From the human T2T-CHM13v2.0 reference genome, Homo sapiens: 64,000 nucleotides of DNA. The stretch is from the NCBI RefSeq assembly GCF_009914755.1, contig NC_060941.1. One strand, 5' to 3'. This document shows positions 41,601-53,600 of this stretch, piece by piece. The notes beneath the pieces were generated by a model. The model saw nothing but the letters and a program-made list of their open reading frames with translations. It was not told the DNA's origin and did not search any database. The position numbers and the translations under genes are program-made. How positions within the stretch are numbered: the stretch's first letter is position 1; each line of letters starts with the position of its first letter.

Positions 41601-44600
41601 TGAACCCTCCTATGGATAGAGCAGTGTTGAAACTCTCTTTTTGTGGAATCTGCAAGTGGATATGTGGACCTCTCCGAAGATGTCTTTGGAAACGGGAATA
41701 TCTTCACATAAAAACTAAACAGAAGCATTCTCAGAAACTTCTCTGTGATGTTTGTGTTCAACTCCCAGAGTTTCACATTGCTTTTCATAGAGTAGTTCTG
41801 AAACATGCTTTTCGTAGTGTCTACAAGTGGACATTTGGAGCGCTTTCAGGCCTGTGGTGGAAAACGAATTATGGTCACATAAAAACTGGAGAGAAGCATT
41901 GTCAGAAACTTCTTTGTGATGATTGCATTCAACTCACAGAGTTGAAGGTTCCTTTTCAAAGAGCAGTTTCCAATCACTCTTTCTGTGGAATCTGCAAGTG
42001 GATATTTGGACCTATTTTGAAGATTTCATTGGAAACGGGAGAATCTTCACAGGAAAGCTAAACAGAAGCATTCTCAGAAACTTCTTTGTGATGCTTGCAT
42101 TCAACTCACAGAGTTGAACTTTCCTTTCGAGAGAGAAGCTTTGAAACACTCTTTTTCCAGAATCTGCAAGTGGACATTTGGAGGGCTTTGAGGCCTGTGG
42201 TGGAAAAGGAATTATCTTCCCGTAAAAGCTAGATAGAAGCATTCTCAGAAACTACTTTGTGATGATTGCATTCAAGTCACAGAGTTGAACATTCCCTTTG
42301 ACAGAGCAGTTTGGAAACTCTCTTTGTGTAGAATCTGCAAGTGGAGATATGGACCGCTTTGAGGCCTATGGTAGTAAAGGAAATAGCTTCATATAAAAGC
42401 TAGACAGTAGCATTCACAGAAAACTCTTGGTGACGACTGAGTTTAACTCACAGAGCTGAACATTCCTTTGGATGGAGCAGTTTCGAAACACACTATTTGT
42501 AGAATGTGCAAGTGGATATTTAGGCCTCTCTGAGGATTTCGTTGGAAACGGGATAAACCGCACAGAACTAAACAGAAGCATTCTCAGAACCTTCTTCGTG
42601 ATGTTTGCATTCAACTCACAGTGTTGAACCTTTCTTTGATAGTTCAGGTTTGAAACGGTCTTTCTGCAGGAACTGCAAGTAGATATTTGGACCGCTCTGA
42701 GGATGTCGTTGGAAACGGGATAACCCGCACAGAACTAAAACAGAAGCATTCTCAGAACCCTCTTCGTGATGTTTGCATTCAACTCACAGTGCTGAACCTT
42801 TCTTTGATAGTTCAGCTTTGAAACACTCTTTTTGTAGAAACTGCAAGTGGATATTTGGTCCTCTCTGAGGATTTCGTTGGAAACGGGATAAACTGCACAG
42901 AACTAAACAGAAGCATTCTCAGAACCTTCTTCGTGATGTCTGCATTCAACTCACAGTGTGGAACCTTTCTTTGATAGTTCAGGTTTGAAACACTCTTTTT
43001 GTAGAAACTGCAAGGGGATAATTGCACTCTTTGAGGAGTACCGTAGTAAAGGAAATAACTTCCTATAAAAAGAAGACAGAAGCTTTCTCAGAAAATTCTT
43101 TGGGATGATTGAGTTGAACTCACAGAGCTGAGCATTCCTTGCGATGTAGCAGTTTAGAAACACACTTTCTGCAGAATCTGCAAGTGCATATTTGGACCTC
43201 TGTGAGGAATTCGTTGGAAACGGGATAATTTCAGCTGACTAAACAGAAGCAGTCTCAGAATCTTCTTTGTGATGTTTGCATTCAAATCCCCGAGTTGAAC
43301 TTTCCTTTCAAAGTTCACGTTTGAAACACTCTTTTTGCAGGATCTACAAGTGGATATTTGGACCACTCTGTGTCCTTCGTTCGAAACGGGTATATCTTCA
43401 CATGACATCTAGACAGAAGCATCCTCAGAAGCTTCTCTGTGATGACTGCATTCAACTCACGGAGTTGAACACTCCTTTTGAGAGCGCAGTTTTGAAACTC
43501 TCTTTCTGTGGCATCTGCAAGGGGACATGTAGACCTCTTTGAAGATTTCGTTGGAAACGGAATCATCTTCACATAAAAACTATACAGATGCATTCTCAGG
43601 AACTTTTTGGTGATGTTTGTATTCAACTCCCAGAGTTGAACTTTCCTTTGGAAAGAGCAGCTATGAAACACTGTTTTTCTAGAATCTGCAAGTGGACGTT
43701 TGGAGGGCTTTGTGGTTTGTGGTGGAAAAGGAAATATCTTCACCTAAATACTAGATAGAAGCATTCTCAGAAACTGCTTTGTGATGATTGCATTCACCTC
43801 ACAGAGTTGAACATTCCTATTGATAGAGCAGTTTGGAAACACTCTTGTTGTGGAATGTGCAAGTGGAGATTTGGAGCGCTTTGAGGCCTATGGTAGTAAA
43901 GGGAATAGCTTCATAGAAAAACTAGACAGAAGCATTCTCAGAAAATACTTTGTGATGATTGAGTTTAACTCACAGAGCTGAACATTCCTTTGGATGGAGC
44001 AGGTTTGAGACACACCTTTTGTAGAATCTACAAGTGGATATTTGGACCTCTCTGAGGATTTCGTTGGAAACGGGATAACTGCACCTAACTAAACGGAAGC
44101 ATTCTCAGAAACTTCTTGGTGATGTTTGCATTCAAATCCCAGAGTTGAACCTTCCTTTGATAGTTCAGGTTTGAAACACTCTTTTTGTAGGATCTGCAAG
44201 TGGATATTTGGACCACTCTGTGGCCTTCGTTCGAAACGGGTATATCTTCGCATAAAATCTAGACAGAAGCCTTCTCAGAAACTTCTCTGTGATGATTGCA
44301 TTCAACTCACAGAGTTGAACCCTCCTATGGATAGAGCAGTGTTGAAACTCTCTTTTTGTGGAATCTGCAAGTGGATATGTGGACCTCTCCGAAGATGTCT
44401 TTGGAAACGGGAATATCTTCACATAAAAACTAAACAGAAGCATTCTCAGAAACTTCTCTGTGATGTTTGTGTTCAACTCCCAGAGTTTCACATTGCTTTT
44501 CATAGAGTAGTTCTGAAACATGCTTTTCGTAGTGTCTACAAGTGGACATTTGGAGCGCTTTCAGGCCTGTGGTGGAAAACGAATTATGGTCACATAAAAA

Positions 44601-47600
44601 CTGGAGAGAAGCATTGTCAGAAACTTCTTTGTGATGATTGCATTCAACTCACAGAGTTGAAGGTTCCTTTTCAAAGAGCAGTTTCCAATCACTCTTTCTG
44701 TGGAATCTGCAAGTGGATATTTGGACCTATTTTGAAGATTTCGTTGGAAACGGGAGAATCTTCACAGGAAAGCTAAACAGAAGCATTCTCAGAAACTTCT
44801 TTGTGATGCTTGCATTCAACTCACAGAGTTGAACTTTCCTTTCGAGAGAGAAGCTTTGAAACACTCTTTTTCCAGAATCTGCAAGTGGACATTTGGAGGG
44901 CTTTGAGGCCTGTGGTGGAAAAGGAATTATCTTCCCGTAAAAGCTAGATAGAAGCATTCTCAGAAACTACTTTGTGATGATTGCATTCAAGTCACAGAGT
45001 TGAACATTCCCTTTGACAGAGCAGTTTGGAAACTCTCTTTGTGTAGAATCTGCAAGTGGAGATATGGACCGCTTTGAGGCCTATGGTAGTAAAGGAAATA
45101 GCTTCATATAAAAGCTAGACAGTAGCATTCACAGAAAACTCTTGGTGACGACTGAGTTTAACTCACAGAGCTGAACATTCCTTTGGATGGAGCAGTTTCG
45201 AAACACACTATTTGTAGAATGTGCAAGTGGATATTTAGGCCTCTCTGAGGATTTCGTTGGAAACGGGATAAACCGCACAGAACTAAACAGAAGCATTCTC
45301 AGAACCTTCTTCGTGATGTTTGCATTCAACTCACAGTGTTGAACCTTTCTTTGATAGTTCAGGTTTGAAACGGTCTTTCTGCAGGAACTGCAAGTAGATA
45401 TTTGGACCGCTCTGAGGATTTCGTTGGAAACGGGATAACCCGCACAGAACTAAAACAGAAGCATTCTCAGAACCCTCTTCGTGATGTTTGCATTCAACTC
45501 ACAGTGCTGAACTTTTCTTTGATAGTTCAGCTTTGAAACACTCTTTTTGTAGAAACTGCAAGTGGATATTTGGTCCTCTCTGAGGAATTCGTTGGAAACG
45601 GGATAAACTGCACAGAACTAAACAGAAGCATTCTCAGAACCTTCTTCGTGATGTCTGCATTCAACTCACAGTGTGGAACCTTTCTTTGATAGTTCAGGTT
45701 TGAAACACTCTTTTTGTAGAAACTGCAAGGGGATAATTGCACTCTTTGAGGAGTACCGTAGTAAAGGAAATAACTTCCTATAAAAAGAAGACAGAAGCTT
45801 TCTCAGAAAATTCTTTGGGATGATTGAGTTGAACTCACAGAGCTGAGCATTCCTTGCGATGTAGCAGTTTAGAAACACACTTTCTGCAGAATCTGTAAGT
45901 GCATATTTGGACCTCTGTGAGGAATTCGTTGGAAACGGGATAATTTCAGCTGACTAAACAGAAGCAGTCTCAGAATCTTCTTTGTGATGTTTGCATTCAA
46001 ATCCCCGAGTTGAACTTTCCTTTCAAAGTTCACGTTTGAAACACTCTTTTTGCAGGATCTACAAGTGGATATTTGGACCACTCTGTGTCCTTCGTTCGAA
46101 ACGGGTATATCTTCACATGACATCTAGACAGAAGCATCCTCAGAAGCTTCTCTGTGATGACTGCATTCAACTCACGGAGTTGAACACTCCTTTTGAGAGC
46201 GCAGTTTTGAAACTCTCTTTCTGTGGCATCTGCAAGTGGACATGTAGACCTCTTTGAAGATTTCGTTGGAAACGGAATCATCTTCACATAAAAACTATAC
46301 AGATGCATTCTCAGGAACTTTTTGGTGATGTTTGTATTCAACTCCCAGAGTTGAACTTTCCTTTGGAAAGAGCAGCTATGAAACACTGTTTTTCTAGAAT
46401 CTGCAAGTGGACGTTTGGAGGGCTTTGTGGTTTGTGGTGGAAAAGGAAATATCTTCACCTAAATACTAGATAGAAGCATTCTCAGAAACTGCTTTGTGAT
46501 GATTGCATTCACCTCACAGAGTTGAACATTCCTATTGATAGAGCAGTTTGGAAACACTCTTGTTGTGGAATGTGCAAGTGGAGATTTGGAGCGCTTTGAG
46601 GCCTATGGTAGTAAAGGGAATAGCTTCATAGAAAAACTAGACAGAAGCATTCTCAGAAAATACTTTGTGATGATTGAGTTTAACTCACAGAGCTGAACAT
46701 TCCTTTGGATGGAGCAGGTTTGAGACACACCTTTTGTAGAATCTACAAGTGGATATTTGGACCTCTCTGAGGATTTCGTTGGAAACGGGATAACTGCACC
46801 TAACTAAACGGAAGCATTCTCAGAAACTTCTTGGTGATGTTTGCATTCAAATCCCAGAGTTGAACCTTCCTTTGATAGTTCAGGTTTGAAACACTCTTTT
46901 TGTAGGATCTGCAAGTGGATATTTGGACCACTCTGTGGCCTTCGTTCGAAACGGGTACATCTTCGCATAAAATCTAGACAGAAGCCTTCTCAGAAACTTC
47001 TCTGTGATGATTGCATTCAACTCACAGAGTTGAACCCTCCTATGGATAGAGCAGTGTTGAAACTCTCTTTTTGTGGAATCTGCAAGTGGATATGTGGACC
47101 TCTCCGAAGATGTCTTTGGAAACGGGAATATCTTCACATAAAAACTTAACAGAAGCATTCTCAGAAACTTCTCTGTGATGTTTGTGTTCAACTCCCAGAG
47201 TTTCACATTGCTTTTCATAGAGTAGTTCTGAAACATGCTTTTCGTAGTGTCTACAAGTGGACATTTGGAGCGCTTTCAGGCCTGTGGTGGAAAACGAATT
47301 ATGGTCACATAAAAACTGGAGAGAAGCATTGTCAGAAACTTCTTTGTGATGATTGCATTCAACTCACAGAGTTGAAGGTTCCTTTTCAAAGAGCAGTTTC
47401 CAATCACTCTTTCTGTGGAATCTGCAAGTGGATATTTGGACCTATTTTGAAGATTTCGTTGGAAACGGGAGAATCTTCACAGGAAAGCTAAACAGAAGCA
47501 TTCTCAGAAACTTCTTTGTGATGCTTGCATTCAACTCACAGAGTTGAACTTTCCTTTCGAGAGAGAAGCTTTGAAACACTCTTTTTCCAGAATCTGCAAG

Positions 47601-50600
47601 TGGACATTTGGAGGGCTTTGAGGCCTGTGGTGGAAAAGGAATTATCTTCCCGTAAAAGCTAGATAGAAGCATTCTCAGAAACTACTTTGTGATGATTGCA
47701 TTCAAGTCACAGAGTTGAACATTCCCTTTGACAGAGCAGTTTGGAAACTCTCTTTGTGTAGAATCTGCAAGTGGAGATATGGACCGCTTTGAGGCCTATG
47801 GTAGTAAAGGAAATAGCTTCATATAAAAGCTAGACAGTAGCATTCACAGAAAACTCTTGGTGACGACTGAGTTTAACTCACAGAGCTGAACATTCCTTTG
47901 GATGGAGCAGTTTCGAAACACACTATTTGTAGAATGTGCAAGTGGATATTTAGGCCTCTCTGAGGATTTCGTTGGAAACGGGTTAAACCGCACAGAACTA
48001 AACAGAAGCATTCTCAGAACCTTCTTCGTGATGTTTGCATTCAACTCACAGTGTTGAACCTTTCTTTGATAGTTCAGGTTTGAAACGGTCTTTCTGCAGA
48101 AACTGCAAGTAGATATTTGGACCGCTCTGAGGATTTCGTTGGAAACGGGATAACCCGCACAGAACTAAAACAGAAGCATTCTCAGAACCCTCTTGGTGAT
48201 GTTTGCATTCAACTCACAGTGCTGAACCTTTCTTTGATAGTTCAGCTTTGAAACACTCTTTTTGTAGAAAGTGCAAGTGGATATTTGGTCCTCTCTGAGG
48301 ATTTCGTTGGAAACGGGATAAACTGCACAGAACTAAACAGAAGCATTCTCAGAACCTTCTTCGTGATGTCTGCATTCAACTCACAGTGTGGAACCTTTCT
48401 TTGATAGTTCAGGTTTGAAACACTCTTTTTATAGAAACTGCAAGGGGATAATTGCACTCTTTGAGGAGTACCGTAGTAAAGGAAATAACTTCCTATAAAA
48501 AGAAGACAGAAGCTTTCTCAGAAAATTCTTTGGGATGATTGAGTTGAACTCACAGAGCTGAGCATTCCTTGCGATGTAGCAGTTTAGAAACACACTTTCT
48601 GCAGAATCTGCAAGTGCATATTTGGACCTCTGTGAGGAATTCGTTGGAAACGGGATAATTTCAGCTGACTAAACAGAAGCAGTCTCAGAATCTTCTTTGT
48701 GATGTTTGCATTCAAATCCCCGAGTTGAACTTTCCTTTCAAAGTTCACGTTTGAAACACTCTTTTTGCAGGATCTACAAGTGGATATTTGGACCACTCTG
48801 TGTCCTTCGTTCGAAACGGGTATATCTTCACATGACATCTAGACAGAAGCATCCTCAGAAGCTTCTCTGTGATGACTGCATTCAACTCACGGAGTTGAAC
48901 ACTCCTTTTGAGAGCGCAGTTTTGAAACTCTCTTTCTGTGGCATCTGCAAGGGGACATGTAGACCTCTTTGAAGATTTCGTTGGAAACGGAATCATCTTC
49001 ACATAAAAACTACACAGATGCATTCTCAGGAACTTTTTGGTGATGTTTGTATTCAACTCCCAGAGTTGAACTTTCCTTTGGAAAGAGCAGCTATGAAACA
49101 CTCTTTTTCTAGAATCTGCAAGTGGACGTTTGGAGGGCTTTGTGGTTTGTGGTGGAAAAGGAAATATCTTCACCTAAATACTAGATAGAAGCATTCTCAG
49201 AAACTGCTTTGTGATGATTGCATTCACCTCACAGAGTTGAACATTCCTATTGATAGAGCAGTTTGGAAACACTCTTGTTGTGGAATGTGCAAGTGGAGAT
49301 TTGGAGCGCTTTGAGGCCTATGGTAGTAAAGGGAATAGCTTCATAGAAAAACTAGACAGAAGCATTCTCAGAAAATACTTTGTGATGATTGAGTTTAACT
49401 CACAGAGCTGAACATTCCTTTGGATGGTGCAGGTTTGAGACACACTTTTTGTAGAATCTACAAGTGGATATTTGGACCTCTCTGAGGATTTCGTTGGAAA
49501 CGGGATAACTGCACCTAACTAAACGGAAGCATTCTCAGAAACTTCTTGGTGATGTTTGCATTCAAATCCCAGAGTTGAACCTTCCTTTGATAGTTCAGGT
49601 TTGAAACACTCTTTTTGTAGGATCTGCAAGTGGATATTTGGACCACTCTGTGGCCTTCGTTCGAAACGGGTATATCTTCGCATAAAATCTAGACAGAAGC
49701 CTTCTCAGAAACTTCTCTGTGATGATTGCATTCAACTCACAGAGTTGAACCCTCCTATGGATAGAGCAGTGTTGAAACTCTCTTTTTGTGGAATCTGCAA
49801 GTGGATATGTGGACCTCTCCGAAGATGTCTTTGGAAACGGGAATATCTTCACATAAAAACTAAACAGAAGCATTCTCAGAAACTTCTCTGTGATGTTTGT
49901 GTTCAACTCCCAGAGTTTCACATTGCTTTTCATAGAGTAGTTCTGAAACATGCTTTTCGTAGTGTCTACAAGTGGACATTTGGAGCGCTTTCAGGCCTGT
50001 GGTGGAAAACGAATTATGGTCACATAAAAACTGGAGAGAAGCATTGTCAGAAACTTCTTTGTGATGATTGCATTCAACTCACAGAGTTGAAGGTTCCTTT
50101 TCAAAGAGCAGTTTCCAATCACTCTTTGTGTGGAATCTGCAAGTGGATATTCGGACCTATTTTGAAGATTTCGTTGGAAACGGGAGAATCTTCACAGGAA
50201 AGCTAAACAGAAGCATTCTCAGAAACTTCTTTGTGATGCTTGCATTCAACTCACAGAGTTGAACTTTCCTTTCGAGAGAGAAGCTTTGAAACACTCTTTT
50301 TCCAGAATCTGCAAGTGGACATTTGGAGGGCTTTGAGGCCTGTGGTGGAAAAGGAATTATCTTCCCGTAAAAGCTAGATAGAAGCATTCTCAGAAACTAC
50401 TTTGTGATGATTGCATTCAAGTCACAGAGTTGAACATTCCCTTTGACAGAGCAGTTTGGAAACTCTCTTTGTGTAGAATCTGCAAGTGGAGATATGGACC
50501 GCTTTGAGGCCTATGGTAGTAAAGGAAATAGCTTCATATAAAAGCTAGACAGTAGCATTCACAGAAAACTCTTGGTGACGACTGAGTTTAACTCACAGAG

Positions 50601-53600
50601 CTGAACATTCCTTTGGATGGAGCAGTTTCGAAACACACTATTTGTAGAATGTGCAAGTGGATATTTAGGCCTCTCTGAGGATTTCGTTGGAAACGGGATA
50701 AACCGCACAGAACTAAACAGAAGCATTCTCAGAACCTTCTTCGTGATGTTTGCATTCAACTCACAGTGTTGAACCTTTCTTTGATAGTTCAGGTTTGAAA
50801 CGGTCTTTCTGCAGGAACTGCAAGTAGATATTTGGACCGCTCTGAGGATTTCGTTGGAAACGGGATAACCCGCACAGAACTAAAACAGAAGCATTCTCAG
50901 AACCCTCTTCGTGATGTTTGCATTCAACTCACAGTGCTGAACTTTTCTTTGATAGTTCAGCTTTGAAACACTCTTTTTGTAGAAACTGCAAGTGGATATT
51001 TGGTCCTCTCTGAGGAATTCGTTGGAAACGGGATAAACTGCACAGAACTAAACAGAAGCATTCTCAGAACCTTCTTCGTGATGTCTGCATTCAACTCACA
51101 GTGTGGAACCTTTCTTTGATAGTTCAGGTTTGAAACACTCTTTTTGTAGAAACTGCAAGGGGATAATTGCACTCTTTGAGGAGTACCGTAGTAAAGGAAA
51201 TAACTTCCTATAAAAAGAAGACAGAAGCTTTCTCAGAAAATTCTTTGGGATGATTGAGTTGAACTCACAGAGCTGAGCATTCCTTGCGATGTAGCAGTTT
51301 AGAAACACACTTTCTGCAGAATCTGTAAGTGCATATTTGGACCTCTGTGAGGAATTCGTTGGAAACGGGATAATTTCAGCTGACTAAACAGAAGCAGTCT
51401 CAGAATCTTCTTTGTGATGTTTGCATTCAAATCCCCGAGTTGAACTTTCCTTTCAAAGTTCACGTTTGAAACACTCTTTTTGCAGGATCTACAAGTGGAT
51501 ATTTGGACCACTCTGTGTCCTTCGTTCGAAACGGGTATATCTTCACATGACATCTAGACAGAAGCATCCTCAGAAGCTTCTCTGTGATGACTGCATTCAA
51601 CTCACGGAGTTGAACACTCCTTTTGAGAGCGCAGTTTTGAAACTCTCTTTCTGTGGCATCTGCAAGGGGACATGTAGACCTCTTTGAAGATTTCGTTGGA
51701 AACGGAATCATCTTCACATAAAAACTATACAGATGCATTCTCAGGAACTTTTTGGTGATGTTTGTATTCAACTCCCAGAGTTGAACTTTCCTTTGGAAAG
51801 AGCAGCTATGAAACACTGTTTTTCTAGAATCTGCAAGTGGACGTTTGGAGGGCTTTGTGGTTTGTGGTGGAAAAGGAAATATCTTCACCTAAATACTAGA
51901 TAGAAGCATTCTCAGAAACTGCTTTGTGATGATTGCATTCACCTCACAGAGTTGAACATTCCTATTGATAGAGCAGTTTGGAAACACTCTTGTTGTGGAA
52001 TGTGCAAGTGGAGATTTGGAGCGCTTTGAGGCCTATGGTAGTAAAGGGAATAGCTTCATAGAAAAACTAGACAGAAGCATTCTCAGAAAATACTTTGTGA
52101 TGATTGAGTTTAACTCACAGAGCTGAACATTCCTTTGGATGGAGCAGGTTTGAGACACACCTTTTGTAGAATCTACAAGTGGATATTTGGACCTCTCTGA
52201 GGATTTCGTTGGAAACGGGATAACTGCACCTAACTAAACGGAAGCATTCTCAGAAACTTCTTGGTGATGTTTGCATTCAAATCCCAGAGTTGAACCTTCC
52301 TTTGATAGTTCAGGTTTGAAACACTCTTTTTGTAGGATCTGCAAGTGGATATTTGGACCACTCTGTGGCCTTCGTTCGAAACGGGTACATCTTCGCATAA
52401 AATCTAGACAGAAGCCTTCTCAGAAACTTCTCTGTGATGATTGCATTCAACTCACAGAGTTGAACCCTCCTATGGATAGAGCAGTGTTGAAACTCTCTTT
52501 TTGTGGAATCTGCAAGTGGATATGTGGACCTCTCCGAAGATGTCTTTGGAAACGGGAATATCTTCACATAAAAACTTAACAGAAGCATTCTCAGAAACTT
52601 CTCTGTGATGTTTGTGTTCAACTCCCAGAGTTTCACATTGCTTTTCATAAAGTAGTTCTGAAACATGCTTTTCGTAGTGTCTACAAGTGGACATTTGGAG
52701 CGCTTTCAGGCCTGTGGTGGAAAACGAATTATGGTCACATAAAAACTGGAGAGAAGCATTGTCAGAAACTTCTTTGTGATGATTGCATTCAACTCACAGA
52801 GTTGAAGGTTCCTTTTCAAAGAGCAGTTTCCAATCACTCTTTCTGTGGAATCTGCAAGTGGATATTTGGACCTATTTTGAAGATTTCGTTGGAAACGGGA
52901 GAATCTTCACAGGAAAGCTAAACAGAAGCATTCTCAGAAACTTCTTTGTGATGCTTGCATTCAACTCACAGAGTTGAACTTTCCTTTCGAGAGAGAAGCT
53001 TTGAAACACTCTTTTTCCAGAATCTGCAAGTGGACATTTGGAGGGCTTTGAGGCCTGTGGTGGAAAAGGAATTATCTTCCCGTAAAAGCTAGATAGAAGC
53101 ATTCTCAGAAACTACTTTGTGATGATTGCATTCAAGTCACAGAGTTGAACATTCCCTTTGACAGAGCAGTTTGGAAACTCTCTTTGTGTAGAATCTGCAA
53201 GTGGAGATATGGACCGCTTTGAGGCCTATGGTAGTAAAGGAAATAGCTTCATATAAAAGCTAGACAGTAGCATTCACAGAAAACTCTTGGTGACGACTGA
53301 GTTTAACTCACAGAGCTGAACATTCCTTTGGATGGAGCAGTTTTGAAACACACTATTTGTAGAATGTGCAAGTGGATATTTAGGCCTCTCTGAGGATTTC
53401 GTTGGAAACGGGTTAAACCGCACAGAACTAAACAGAAGCATTCTCAGAACCTTCTTCGTGATGTTTGCATTCAACTCACAGTGTTGAACCTTTCTTTGAT
53501 AGTTCAGGTTTGAAACGGTCTTTCTGCAGAAACTGCAAGTAGATATTTGGACCTCTCTGAGGATTTCGTTGGAAACGGGATAACCCGCACAGAACTAAAA

